From a virus: a stretch of DNA of 64,000 nucleotides. The notes below the pieces were generated by a model, which made no database searches, had not been told where the DNA came from, and saw only the letters and a list, made by a program, of their open reading frames with translations. The stretch is from IMG/VR virus record IMGVR_UViG_3300006329_000001, positions 1 to 64,000 of that record. One strand, written 5' to 3'. The position numbers and the translations under genes were made by a program. How positions within the stretch are numbered: the first letter of the stretch is position 1; each line of letters begins with the position of its first letter. Shown one piece after another: positions 17,452 through 27,596 of this stretch.

Positions 17452-18380
17452 TTGTATTCACACCTCATCATTAACTCTGTCATAAATGCAACCAGATTAA
17501 CCTCCTGATCTACCACAAAGGATGACTTGTATTGATACTCAGAGATAATCAATACTGCCTCTGGAATAGACTTGGGGTCAAAGTAATTGTATAGGTTATC
17601 ATAGATCTTACGCATGATAACTTGTGGTTCGTTGTCCATATTCTGAGCAACCCACTTCTTCATGTTAGTAAACTCCTTCTTACGAAGGTGGCCAACTACC
17701 TTATCTATACTAAATTCATTACCTGCTGATAGTATACCAGAATCTATGACACCTGTAGCAGAATATCTCTGCAACTCATTAAGAGTCCTACGAAAGTCTG
17801 GGAAGTACTTTGTAACTACTTCTGCTACTACCTTCCCCTCATACTTAATACTCTCTTTAGTGAGTATCTCACACACTCTATTGAAGAATGATGCTGCCAA
17901 CTTCTGCTTATCTTTTTTAATATTAAAATCAATAACAGAGCATCTACTATGCAGTGGTTGTATTATTTTATTCTTATAGTTACACGTGAAGATGAACCTG
18001 CAGTTCTTTTGAAACTCCTCAATCGACGCACGTAGTAATAGTTGTACGTCTGGTGTTGTATTATCTGCCTCATCCACAATGATAACTTTGTGACGAGATT
18101 CAGATGTAAGAGAAACAGTACTAGCAAAGGTCTTTGCCTGATTGCGTACAGTGTCCAAGAATCGACCCTCATCAGACCCATTAATGACATAACTATCTGC
18201 TCCTAACTCTTCACATAATGCCTTCGCTATGGTAGTTTTACCAACACCCGCAGACCCAGAGAGCAAGAGGTTTGGAATCTCCTCTTGCTCTAGAAATCCT
18301 TTGAATACTTTCTTAGTATCTTCGGGTAGTATGCATTCATCAATAGATTTAGGTCGATACTTCTCTACCCATAGAAACAT
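17448..18380 (-). CDS. gp44: clamp loader large subunit
   Basis: LWVEKYRP, GSAGVGKTT, DEAD, LHSRC. Confidence 0.97.
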   Translation of the reverse strand: MFLWVEKYRPKSIDECILPEDTKKVFKGFLEQEEIPNLLLSGSAGVGKTTIAKALCEELGADSYVINGSDEGRFLDTVRNQAKTFASTVSLTSESRHKVIIVDEADNTTPDVQLLLRASIEEFQKNCRFIFTCNYKNKIIQPLHSRCSVIDFNIKKDKQKLAASFFNRVCEILTKESIKYEGKVVAEVVTKYFPDFRRTLNELQRYSATGVIDSGILSAGNEFSIDKVVGHLRKKEFTNMKKWVAQNMDNEPQVIMRKIYDNLYNYFDPKSIPEAVLIISEYQYKSSFVVDQEVNLVAFMTELMMRCEYK

Positions 18381-19160
18381 TTAGTTTGGCTCCAATGCTA
18401 TAAAGTAATTCATATTGTTATGTGACAATGAATTGAAGTTAGCAATGTTTTTATTACTAATTGTCACATGATAAGTTGCGTCTATCAACTTAAGATTCTC
18501 CACCTTAAAGCAGAAACAGAATGTCTTACGCTCTAGTGTCAACTTGTATGGTGCATCATCAAGTTCACCCTTACCTTGGTTAAAGATAACCTTTTTAAGA
18601 GGTAATGAGAATACATTAGAAGTAGTATTCTTCTTGTCCCTTACACAGACACTATACTCACCTTCAAATCCATTGATACATAGATCCTCCACACCATATA
18701 CCTTAGCAGCTTGCATCAACTGAGTGATATCATTCTGAGGTAGATCAAACATTAACTCTACGTCTGGAAGTTGAGGGTTAAACTCTGGTGCAGTTACAAT
18801 GATCTCAGGATCACTGTAATAGAATGTTGTCTTACCTTTAGTTTCCTCATCATATATGATGACCTTCTTCTTATCTGGGAAGAATAACCATGGCTTCTTG
18901 AATAGTGACAGTGCACCTAAGAATAATGGTAGATCATAGATCGCCATCTGCTCAGGAATATGCTCAGTAATCTGTGACTGTCCAATAATATTCTTATTGA
19001 CTGACATAGTTTGAATAAACTTACCAGGTTCAATAAGTACTGACTTATTAATGGTACTGAAGTTACGAAGAATATCAATAGTCTTCTTACTCAGTTGAAT
19101 ATTGGTCTTGAAATCTACTTGACCACCTTGTTGAATACCTGTTGGTGTTGCACTAATCAT
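18381..19160 (-). CDS. gp45: sliding clamp
   Basis: LSKKTIDILRNFSTINKS, IYDLPLFL, FKVENLKL, YFIALEP. Confidence 0.93.
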   Translation of the reverse strand: MISATPTGIQQGGQVDFKTNIQLSKKTIDILRNFSTINKSVLIEPGKFIQTMSVNKNIIGQSQITEHIPEQMAIYDLPLFLGALSLFKKPWLFFPDKKKVIIYDEETKGKTTFYYSDPEIIVTAPEFNPQLPDVELMFDLPQNDITQLMQAAKVYGVEDLCINGFEGEYSVCVRDKKNTTSNVFSLPLKKVIFNQGKGELDDAPYKLTLERKTFCFCFKVENLKLIDATYHVTISNKNIANFNSLSHNNMNYFIALEPN

Positions 19161-19470
19161 AATCTAAAAACTGCTCTGGAGTTGGGACATTTTCTGGTTT
19201 ATCGTCAGGATAAGAGGTGCCTGAGAAATAATATAATAGTATAGCATAGTGAATGATTTTTAGCACGTCATCCTTATGCTTACCTTTCTTTCTATAACGT
19301 GAAGCATACTTAATAATATTAGACTGACAGAAATGCTCTGCTGTCCCTATTGCTTCAAGGAGATCCAGTGTTTGGACCCCCTTCTCTTCGTTACTGTAGT
19401 GAGACCGATAGGTCTGGGAGATATAATCTTCCACGACCTTGATCGTCTCGTTTTCCTTATACTTCATCAT
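19153..19470 (-). CDS. DUF3310-like protein (T7 gp1.7 nucleotide-kinase family)
   Basis: HY...QTLDL...FCQSNIIKYASRY.KKG...D..KIIHYA. Confidence 0.75.
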   Translation of the reverse strand: MMKYKENETIKVVEDYISQTYRSHYSNEEKGVQTLDLLEAIGTAEHFCQSNIIKYASRYRKKGKHKDDVLKIIHYAILLYYFSGTSYPDDKPENVPTPEQFLDYD

Positions 19471-19494
19471 ATCAGGATCCTAGTACTGTGTCAA
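19466..19494 (-). promoter_or_regulatory. sigma70-type promoter
   Basis: TTGACA-17 nt-TATGAT. Confidence 0.65.
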
Positions 19495-20599
19495 GTGATT
19501 CAATGTCAACCTCGTTATCTATCTTATCATATAATTCTAAGAAAGACTGCTTTGTTTCATCATCGAAACGATTCAAGCATACCTTGATTGCTTTAACCCT
19601 ATCAGAGAATATAGCATATGCTCTGATGATGTGCACAAGTCTACGTGTTGAGATAACCTCATCTGTGCCACCGTCATTGAATGTTTTACGGATAATCTCT
19701 GCCCATGTGGTGAGATTAGCAATGTATTTATCATCACAGCAATCCAATTCCTTACAGTAGTTGTTAAGCATTCTGATCTCTGTTTTAGCAGCAGGATAAT
19801 CTTGCTCAAATGTAATTGGGAATCTCTCTAGGAATGCTTCATTCAATACATTAGTACCAATGAATCTACCATCCTCTGATCCTTTACCCTTAGTGTTAGC
19901 AGTAGCGATGACTGTGAATCCTTCAGCAGGTGTTACATACTTGCCAAGTTTCTTGAGGAATACACCCTTGCCTTCCAAGATTGATTGAAGGCATAAGATC
20001 TTGTTACTGGCGAGGTCAAGCTCGTCGAGTAGTAGAACTGCTCCACGTTGGAGTGCTTCGATAACTGGACCGTTGTGCCACACAGTGCTACCATCCACGA
20101 GACGAAAACCGCCAATAAGATCATCTTCATCAGTTTCAATTGTAATGTTTACTCGGATAAGATCCCTCTTTGCTTGAGCACATGCTTGCTCTACACCAAA
20201 TGTTTTTCCGTTACCTGATAGACCAGTAATGAATGTTGGATAGAAGATCTTAGATGCTATAACTTTCTTAAGATCATTAAAGGCACCGAATGGTACGAAG
20301 TGATCATCTCTATCTGGTACCAGATCCTTACCTGTTAGGTAGGCAGGGTCAAATGAATCTACAATCTGTGTCTTTGCTTGTGAATACACTTGCTCTAGTT
20401 TCTCTTTGGTCTCTGCTACTGTTAAGTTCCAGACTCCACGTTTAACTTTGTATTGACTGATGTATTTTGATACGGTTTGATATGCAAGACCGAAATGGTC
20501 ACATGCATTTTGTAACTCAGGAGTTGTAACGTTGACTCCGAATTCTCCGATAAGATAATCTCTTATTTGCTCTGGAGTAACTTGTAATTTAACAGGCAT
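19472..20599 (-). CDS. cobS: CobS-like MoxR AAA+ ATPase
   Basis: GLSGNGKT, LLLDELD, TANTKGKGSEDGRFIGTNVLNEAFLERF, ISTRRL. Confidence 0.93.
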   Translation of the reverse strand: MPVKLQVTPEQIRDYLIGEFGVNVTTPELQNACDHFGLAYQTVSKYISQYKVKRGVWNLTVAETKEKLEQVYSQAKTQIVDSFDPAYLTGKDLVPDRDDHFVPFGAFNDLKKVIASKIFYPTFITGLSGNGKTFGVEQACAQAKRDLIRVNITIETDEDDLIGGFRLVDGSTVWHNGPVIEALQRGAVLLLDELDLASNKILCLQSILEGKGVFLKKLGKYVTPAEGFTVIATANTKGKGSEDGRFIGTNVLNEAFLERFPITFEQDYPAAKTEIRMLNNYCKELDCCDDKYIANLTTWAEIIRKTFNDGGTDEVISTRRLVHIIRAYAIFSDRVKAIKVCLNRFDDETKQSFLELYDKIDNEVDIESLDTVLGS

Positions 20600-20625
20600 T
20601 TGATTTTGTTTTGTTTATACTATTA

Positions 20626-21162
20626 TTATAACCCTATATCGAGAGGTTGTGTAGGTAACCATGACGGTTTCTTATCTGGCACACGGTAGTTATCTAATGC
20701 CCACTTTTTAGTGCTGAGGTACATCCTATATGCAGTGATAGTATCAATGGTAGTATCATACTTTAATGTATCAGGCATTGCTCTAACAAATGGAGTGTGT
20801 TTCTCTGGACATCCATTATCCATTTGTGTTAATGCAGCTAGTCTAATACTATTCTCACATGCATGTTTCTTACCATACCTATCAGTATACTCTTGACATA
20901 ATGATATCCCATGCTGAAATAACCATTGTAGATTGTCAGCATTCTCTGCTGCCCACTTAGTGCATGGATGATTCCTAAAGGCACCCCTCTCTGTCTTGTA
21001 TGCAGTGCCATCTAATTTTAATACTGGTCCTACATTCCAATACCACTTACTAAAGACTAATGCAATCATTTGAGTAGTCTCTAGTGGCATCTTAACAATA
21101 TGCTTATCAGGTAAAGCGAATGCTGCTAGTGCAGGATCTTCATCTACTGCAAATATATTCAT
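20626..21162 (-). CDS. pyrimidine-dimer DNA glycosylase-like protein
   Basis: MNIF...DKHIVKMPLE..QM, NHPCTKW, L..EYT.RYGK.H, TPF..AMP, AYR.Y. Confidence 0.7.
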   Translation of the reverse strand: MNIFAVDEDPALAAFALPDKHIVKMPLETTQMIALVFSKWYWNVGPVLKLDGTAYKTERGAFRNHPCTKWAAENADNLQWLFQHGISLCQEYTDRYGKKHACENSIRLAALTQMDNGCPEKHTPFVRAMPDTLKYDTTIDTITAYRMYLSTKKWALDNYRVPDKKPSWLPTQPLDIGL

Positions 21163-21272
21163 AGTATTGTTATCGTTTGAGACCCATCTTTATTATCAGT
21201 TACAGTTATCTTTTTACCTGGAAATGATTTTGATAGTAAACGTTTTAATCTTTGGTGTTTAAATAAATTCAT
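21159..21272 (-). CDS. 37-aa basic microprotein (not in ORF track)
   Basis: MNLFKHQRLKRLLSKSFPGKKITVTDNKDGSQTITIL; ATGA overlaps at both ends. Confidence 0.65.
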   Translation of the reverse strand: MNLFKHQRLKRLLSKSFPGKKITVTDNKDGSQTITIL

Positions 21273-21727
21273 AATAAACCGAAACTTACTGTTGCTCTAG
21301 GACTGTGGACAGTAGGGTTATGATAGACTCCCTTTGGTATAAAAATACTATCACCAGGATCCAACACATATAATTTCCCATCGTCAAATCCATACTCCAT
21401 TCGACCTATTGCTTGTACAATTAAAACATCCTTATCATCACAGTGTCTACCATGATTGCATGCATCTTTACAAAATGAAACGTACACATCAACATCACAG
21501 TAATCATATTTAGATTCCAGATCAGGTTGTACTAACCTTACTAGATCATTAAGAGTACCAGGAAAATAATTGTTGTGACATACAACCCCAACTCTCGGAT
21601 GAAAGTCTGATGGTCCTCCAGAAACTTGAAGATAGTGAGACCCCTCAGTGAACTCACTATCTAGCTTCTTTATTACATCATCCCAAGAAACCCATGAGGG
21701 GTAATGGTTTTTCTTGTATAGTATCAT
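21269..21727 (-). CDS. JmjC/cupin-type oxygenase
   Basis: HGRHCD.KDVLIVQAIG, LDPGDSIFIPKGVYH. Confidence 0.8.
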   Translation of the reverse strand: MILYKKNHYPSWVSWDDVIKKLDSEFTEGSHYLQVSGGPSDFHPRVGVVCHNNYFPGTLNDLVRLVQPDLESKYDYCDVDVYVSFCKDACNHGRHCDDKDVLIVQAIGRMEYGFDDGKLYVLDPGDSIFIPKGVYHNPTVHSPRATVSFGLL

Positions 21728-23916
21728 GCTATCTGTTGGATGAATGATGATAAGATCTTCTTATTGTTTGACTTACCCTTAAGAGATTTACTGAATGCTC
21801 TCTTAATGTCTGCCTTAGAGTCAGACTTAGGTTCGAAGTCAGTAGAATCATTTAGATTCTTAGAATTCATGAAGTATATCTCTTGATAACCCATGATCTT
21901 AGCAGCACATGACTTGTTTTTAGTCCACTGATTCTTGTAAGGTGCTTGCTTTTCATAGTCAATCTCGTTAGCAAGATATCTATTGAAATCTCTAGCAACA
22001 CATAGTCTGAAACCTAAGAAGTTACACTGTGGGAATTTACCTTTAAGGTATTGTAATATTTGCTTAGTAAGTCCCTGTGACTGACTGTATCTTTGAGGTG
22101 CAAAAGTCCTACCACTTTTTCTATCTCTGATATGAGTATTAGATCTGATAGAAGATCTGTGTAACCTTCTCTTACCATTCCACTCAGTCTCTACGTACTG
22201 TGCAGAGTATGCAGCTTCACCATCAGTTAAGATAGCAACGTGTACTTTCTCTGCCTTAGTCTTCGCTTGGAATTGTGGGATAAGAGATTGAAGACAAACA
22301 ATTGCTTCATTCAAAGGAGTACCACCCAACTGTAGATGTGGTGGAATAGCATCAGGGACAGTGCAAGGATTCTGCCAATTCCATTGCTTTCTCAACTCAC
22401 CATATCTTGCGTTATACATGTATGTGATTCTCCACATATCTCTTGCATACTTATCGAAGGTTGAATTGTTTAACTTGTTATTCAATAAGTTAAGTAGGAA
22501 GAAATGATCTGGGATGTGGAATGTATCCTTACGTCCATTCTCTTCCCACTTCTCTCTATCATGTCCTTCGGGGAAGAAGTATCCATCTTGCACGAATGCA
22601 TACACATCGAAAGGAATGTTTGACTTACGACAGAAGAGACACAATGATAAGAGTTGCTTGTATGTGTCATGGATAATGTCTGCCATTGATCCAGACCAGT
22701 CTAGTAGAAATATCATTCCATGATTCTTACCATCAGGGACAGAGGTAATCTTCTTAAAGATATCATCGTTAAACTTATACTGGTGAAGTTTGTTAGTGTC
22801 AATAACACCAGTCTTTGCTACTGTTGCTCTTACATATGCAGTTGCTGCCTTCTTCATCTCAAACTCTTTGCAGAGATAGTTTACTTCACGAGAGCACTCT
22901 CTCTTAAACTTACGATACTCAGCATCAACATCAGTGAAATCTAATTCTCTGAAGTAATCAGAGTCTTTAACAGTAAATCTCTCACTATTCCAGAATTCTT
23001 GTGACTCTCTGTTGATTCTATGAGCATCTACAACATGATGACCTAGGTCAGCATTTGTAATCTCCATATACTGAGGACGCTCATGCTCATTCTTACTCGC
23101 TTGCTCTGCTAGATTCTCTGCTAATGCTCTGTCAGTAAGAGAATCTAAGTCACCTGCTTCCTGACCACCTGACTTCTCGTAGTCTCCATATTCGTCATCA
23201 TCTTCATCTTCATCTTCACCATCACCCTCTTCAGATCCTTGAGGTGTCTTATTTTTCTCACCATCACCATCCTCTTGACCACCAGCATTACCTTCATTCT
23301 CTCCATCTGGTGACCAGTCTATATTAATGTCTGCTGTGTCCTTATCTCCTTTGATAGCAGAGACTTTCTCCTCTTCTTTTTTATTCTTTTCGTATGCATA
23401 AATTGCTTCTGCAACCTCTAATGCCTCTTCAAAGGTTTCTGTCTCTCCTGTAGCGTCTCTGAGGGGTATCTCAGCGTCAGTAAATGGGATGATTGCATAT
23501 GATCCTACCTTATAGTGTAGATTAATTCTATCGATGAGGTTTAGTTTCTCAATCTCCATGTCACCTAGACCAAAGAAGTCCTGATCATTGAGTTGAGAGT
23601 ATCCTTTGAAAAAATCCTTAGCAAGACCAGGAAACTTTCTCTTCATTAGTTTCTCAATCCTTGCATCCTCTGTAATATTGATGTAAGACTTAGGTACTGG
23701 TATGTCTGCCCAGTCTGTGTTGGGTGTGAATAGTGCATGACCTACCTCATGACCCACTAGCATATTATATACGGTGTTAGACACATCCCAGATAGGAAGT
23801 AGCAAGACTCTACGATCCACATCGAATGATGCTGTCTCTACTACCCTATGCTCAACGATTAGGTTCTCTGTTGCGAGTAGTTTTGCTAGGTTTCCTTTAA
23901 CTTCTTGATTCTGCAT
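21724..23916 (-). CDS. metallopeptidase-motif plus vWA domain protein (CobT-like partner of CobS)
   Basis: GHEVGH and EDARIE; acidic linker; MIDAS LLDWSGSM, GGTPL, LTDGE; start moved to MQNQEVKG. Confidence 0.88.
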   Translation of the reverse strand: MQNQEVKGNLAKLLATENLIVEHRVVETASFDVDRRVLLLPIWDVSNTVYNMLVGHEVGHALFTPNTDWADIPVPKSYINITEDARIEKLMKRKFPGLAKDFFKGYSQLNDQDFFGLGDMEIEKLNLIDRINLHYKVGSYAIIPFTDAEIPLRDATGETETFEEALEVAEAIYAYEKNKKEEEKVSAIKGDKDTADINIDWSPDGENEGNAGGQEDGDGEKNKTPQGSEEGDGEDEDEDDDEYGDYEKSGGQEAGDLDSLTDRALAENLAEQASKNEHERPQYMEITNADLGHHVVDAHRINRESQEFWNSERFTVKDSDYFRELDFTDVDAEYRKFKRECSREVNYLCKEFEMKKAATAYVRATVAKTGVIDTNKLHQYKFNDDIFKKITSVPDGKNHGMIFLLDWSGSMADIIHDTYKQLLSLCLFCRKSNIPFDVYAFVQDGYFFPEGHDREKWEENGRKDTFHIPDHFFLLNLLNNKLNNSTFDKYARDMWRITYMYNARYGELRKQWNWQNPCTVPDAIPPHLQLGGTPLNEAIVCLQSLIPQFQAKTKAEKVHVAILTDGEAAYSAQYVETEWNGKRRLHRSSIRSNTHIRDRKSGRTFAPQRYSQSQGLTKQILQYLKGKFPQCNFLGFRLCVARDFNRYLANEIDYEKQAPYKNQWTKNKSCAAKIMGYQEIYFMNSKNLNDSTDFEPKSDSKADIKRAFSKSLKGKSNNKKILSSFIQQIA

Positions 23917-24085
23917 GTGATTTCGTTTGTATATACACATTATAATAGGAAACCCTCCGCTTGGGAGGGTTTAGTAGACACTTTTTCAACTGTCTAGTCC
24001 TTTTTCGTGCTTGTCGGAGTGCTTGCGGTTTAAGATGACGCTTTGCCTCCTTCTTGCTATGATGCTGCCAGTTTGGAAAAATCAT
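23897..24085 (-). CDS. small basic hypothetical protein
   Basis: MIFPNWQHHSKKEAKRHLKPQALRQARKR, a motif typical downstream of cyanophage gp46. Confidence 0.6.
   Translation of the reverse strand: MIFPNWQHHSKKEAKRHLKPQALRQARKRTRQLKKCLLNPPKRRVSYYNVYIQTKSHAESRS
23939..23993 (-). promoter_or_regulatory. probable early promoter with hairpin in place of a -35 box
   Basis: TATAAT at 23939-23944; stem-loop AAACCCTCC...GGAGGGTTT at 23950-23972. Confidence 0.45.
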
Positions 24086-25718
24086 TGGTCTTGCTGAATC
24101 GGAGGGTTTTCTCAAATTTATCAAGAAGTAGCTCCCCTTTGTGAGAAATGACAAATAAATTAACATTGTCACCCAATCCCCTTAGAATCTTGAGTAATTC
24201 GTCAGTTGCTTGGTCATCCAGAGAGGAATCAAACACCTCATCTAGTATGAGGAGGTTGGTAGCAGCAGAGTTCTTGAGTGTAGCGATGTCTCTCCATGTA
24301 AAGAGCAACGATAGGTCAATTTTCTGCTTCTCACCCTCTGAGAAGGATGCATAAGAGAAGTCGTCTCGATATCTGGACTTGATTACTTCATTGAACTCAT
24401 CATCAAGTGTGAAGTTGAAGTAAGTGTCCATACGTTGTAAGTATTTATTTATAGATTTGTTAATAATTGGTACAAATTTGCTAATGATCTTACTTTTTAT
24501 ACCAGAATCCCTCAGTAAGGTACCAACCACCTTTAAATTGTCATGGTCCTTGTTAACTTCTGAACACTCGATAGAAATGGCCAGGTTCTTGTCCCTATAC
24601 TCCTTTAATATTTCCTTCTCAGCATCTATGTTAGGTGTCTCTCTATTAACATCCTTAAACAATCTATTTCTCTCTGCGGTTAGTGCCTTTGATTGATGGG
24701 TACTAGCATTAATCTTGTCTGCATACTCCTTTAACTCCTTAATCTGCTTGTTTCCTCTGTTAAGTGAGTCAGTAATGACATTCAATCCATTTAAAAATCT
24801 TGCCTTCCTTGTCTGTGCACCATCAATCAGTGCTGTTTTGTCTGATACTACCTGATTACAGGTAGGACACTCATCATTTTCCCAATAAAACTTTAAATCC
24901 CTCTCTGCCTTGTCAAGATTGCTCTGAATCTTAACTCTCATGTCTTTCATCTCATCATACTTCTCTTGTATGTCTTGCATTCGATCAATCTTCTTGGTGA
25001 ATAATTCTACCTCAGCATAATTTTCTTGAATCTTACCATCAATCTCTTTAATCCTTGCTTGCATCTTACCTGTATGCTTTGCAGACATCTTTTCCATCTG
25101 TTCAATGGTTTTCTTCTGTGTTGATACGTCCTTCTCGGACATCGCTAACTTATGCTCACAGTCTTTAAGGATCTCTCTTGCATCTTTCATCCGATCCTTA
25201 AGGATATTATTCATTCTTGAGAAGATCTGGATGTCCAATAGATCTTCGATAACTTCTCTCCTGACAGGAGCGTTGAGTTGCATGAAGGGGACAAATGTGG
25301 ATGAACCAAGGATGACAACCTGTGTGAAACTCTTGAAGTTGAACTTAAGGACGGACTGCTCAAGATACTTCTGTTGATCTTTGGAAGCAGCGTCTTGGTC
25401 AAGTATGTTACCGTTTCTATGAATCTCAAATACATTTGGTTTAATACCCCTAATAACTTTGTAATCTGTGCCACCGATACGAAATTCTATTTCTACTACC
25501 GTCTCTCTTTCATTTATACTATTAACTAACTGACTCTTACTAATCTTTCTGAATGGTCTGTTGAACAACACAAAGCACAGAGCATCTAACATTGTAGATT
25601 TCCCTGCACCGTTAGGTCCTACGACCAAATGTGATTGAGCATCAGTAATATTCACATATGTGAAAGAGTTCCCTGTAGATAAGAAATTCTTCCAACGAAT
25701 CTTTTCAAAAACGATCAT
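24057..25718 (-). CDS. gp46: recombination endonuclease, SbcC/Rad50-like subunit
   Basis: WKNFLSTGN, GPNGAGKST, CPTC hook, FSEGEK, LILDEVFDSSLD. Confidence 0.97.
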   Translation of the reverse strand: MIVFEKIRWKNFLSTGNSFTYVNITDAQSHLVVGPNGAGKSTMLDALCFVLFNRPFRKISKSQLVNSINERETVVEIEFRIGGTDYKVIRGIKPNVFEIHRNGNILDQDAASKDQQKYLEQSVLKFNFKSFTQVVILGSSTFVPFMQLNAPVRREVIEDLLDIQIFSRMNNILKDRMKDAREILKDCEHKLAMSEKDVSTQKKTIEQMEKMSAKHTGKMQARIKEIDGKIQENYAEVELFTKKIDRMQDIQEKYDEMKDMRVKIQSNLDKAERDLKFYWENDECPTCNQVVSDKTALIDGAQTRKARFLNGLNVITDSLNRGNKQIKELKEYADKINASTHQSKALTAERNRLFKDVNRETPNIDAEKEILKEYRDKNLAISIECSEVNKDHDNLKVVGTLLRDSGIKSKIISKFVPIINKSINKYLQRMDTYFNFTLDDEFNEVIKSRYRDDFSYASFSEGEKQKIDLSLLFTWRDIATLKNSAATNLLILDEVFDSSLDDQATDELLKILRGLGDNVNLFVISHKGELLLDKFEKTLRFSKTNDFSKLAAS

Positions 25719-25979
25719 TCAATCTTGGGGTGGTGGTATAACGAAGTCGTCAGGTCTGATAAAACTGAATGCATATCCATGCATTGTGCAGTTTTCTTTC
25801 ACTTGATCCTCTTCTATCTCTTGGACAGATAATTTACGAGGATAGTTATCAGCTCTCAACAGTTGATAATAACGTACAGCATCATCCTTGTCAAGAAATA
25901 TCTGCACCACACGCTCGGTATGGTTGTCATCTCTTACAGCATATACACCACCTGTCTTTTTGTCAAGTAGCACAAACAT
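25719..25979 (-). CDS. conserved hypothetical protein between gp47 and gp46
   Basis: GVYAV...F.DKDDA.RY...DDFVIPP; start moved to MFVLLD. Confidence 0.75.
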   Translation of the reverse strand: MFVLLDKKTGGVYAVRDDNHTERVVQIFLDKDDAVRYYQLLRADNYPRKLSVQEIEEDQVKENCTMHGYAFSFIRPDDFVIPPPQD

Positions 25980-27006
25980 CTGATGCCTCCATGTATAAGG
26001 ACTTAAGTATCTTAAATATTCCTTCCTTATTTTCAAAGTCAGAAACACACTGCTCTAGTATAGTTAAAGTATCTGCTATCTCCACGTCGTCATCTACATC
26101 ATCCAGATCATATGCCATGTCCTCAATTATCTTGAGGTCTGCTAAGTCAGCAGCCTGTAATCTACGGACTAGACTATCAAATTTAAGTTGATCATTCTTT
26201 TCTTCTACTATAACCTTTACATACATTCCGTCAAGGTTTTTAATATCTACTGGAGACAAAGATGTCTCATCAGTATAGTATATTTTATGGAATGTCTCAA
26301 AAGGATTCTCATAAAATTTAAGACTTCCTTTACCCCTAGTATTTAGAATATGAAACCCTCTTTTCTGACCGTAGTCATTCCAGTAGAGTTGGCATGGGTT
26401 ACCTAGGTAAGTAATGTTTGATTTAGTACTCTTGACATGATAGTGACCAGTGCATACCATTTTAAATTTTTGTAATGGAGTAGGGTCATCACCATGTGTC
26501 ATAGTATATCCAGGTATGGGATCAAATCCATTCAATTCAAGATGACCCATACAATAATCAGCATCTGTATCTTGTATTGCTTCCCATGTGGTTTCCCTAT
26601 TCTCATCACAGATCCAAGGGACAAGCATCATCTTCTTACCACCTATAAGTCTTTCACCTGGACAATAAATGATCTCAATATTATCAAACTCCCCAAGGAG
26701 AAGCTCAGGAGAATTAACCCTGAGAGTATTCTTGAAATAGATGTCATGATTCCCTAACAGCATTGTCATTTTAACTCCTCTGTCTTGTAGAGGTCGGAAC
26801 CACATCTCTTTGGCTGCCTCTAAGGAAGCGAAGTTAACTCCCTTTCTTCTATCAAACGTATCACCTAGACATAATACCTCTGTGATACCTTCTTCATCAA
26901 TTTTAGGTAGGACTACCTCAGTATAAAACTTACGATACCTCTCAACATAATGCAGATTATCATTTCGGACACCGAAATGCTGATCAGTTATTAGGAGTAC
27001 TTTCAT
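25963..27006 (-). CDS. gp47: recombination endonuclease, SbcD/Mre11-like subunit
   Basis: ITDQHFG, LGDTFD, GNHD, GHLE, GHYH. Confidence 0.97.
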   Translation of the reverse strand: MKVLLITDQHFGVRNDNLHYVERYRKFYTEVVLPKIDEEGITEVLCLGDTFDRRKGVNFASLEAAKEMWFRPLQDRGVKMTMLLGNHDIYFKNTLRVNSPELLLGEFDNIEIIYCPGERLIGGKKMMLVPWICDENRETTWEAIQDTDADYCMGHLELNGFDPIPGYTMTHGDDPTPLQKFKMVCTGHYHVKSTKSNITYLGNPCQLYWNDYGQKRGFHILNTRGKGSLKFYENPFETFHKIYYTDETSLSPVDIKNLDGMYVKVIVEEKNDQLKFDSLVRRLQAADLADLKIIEDMAYDLDDVDDDVEIADTLTILEQCVSDFENKEGIFKILKSLYMEASDVCAT

Positions 27007-27596
27007 ACAAGATTACCGTTAAAGTTTATACTTATTGCTTGCCTTTGTCCAGTTGCAAACTCTGTGCGATGACGTATCCATCCAGGAAATAACAGGAAGT
27101 CTCCTGTCCTAGTTGGCACCGTCTCAGTTATGATAGCATCACCGTGGTCATCCTGCAAGGGGGTCAACCTACGAATGTAATCTAATGGATCACAAAGTTG
27201 AATGTCACCACCCTCACCCTTCTCCAAATAGTATACAGATGCTATATGACATCCAAACTTACCATTACAATGGGAATGCTCACCAGTGTTATCACCTTCC
27301 TGATGTATGTTAGACCAACATGCAGTAGGTTCTATTTGAGCAGGTGCAAACTTAAGATGTTGATCCCAATACTCACACACAGATCCCATCATATTCTCTA
27401 TAAGTCCAGCAACTAGAGGTTCAGTCATATGAAGTTCAAGATCAAATTCTCCCGTAGAATATCCCGTCTCAGATGCCCATTCACCTCTCTTACATTTCTT
27501 ATATCTCTCCTCTAGTACTTCTATAAGACCTTCGGGAGGATCTATATGTCCCTGCCAAACAGGTATAGAAAATAGATTATGTAATTTTCGGTTCAT
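27003..27596 (-). CDS. 2OG-Fe(II) oxygenase (TIGR02466-like)
   Basis: WSNIH...EHSH...ASVYYL, FPGWIRH, RQAISINF. Confidence 0.85.
   Translation of the reverse strand: MNRKLHNLFSIPVWQGHIDPPEGLIEVLEERYKKCKRGEWASETGYSTGEFDLELHMTEPLVAGLIENMMGSVCEYWDQHLKFAPAQIEPTACWSNIHQEGDNTGEHSHCNGKFGCHIASVYYLEKGEGGDIQLCDPLDYIRRLTPLQDDHGDAIITETVPTRTGDFLLFPGWIRHRTEFATGQRQAISINFNGNLV

Noticed and set aside
19472-20599. cobS as evidence of cobalamin biosynthesis
   Set aside because: No cobN or other cob genes; better explained as a MoxR ATPase with a vWA partner
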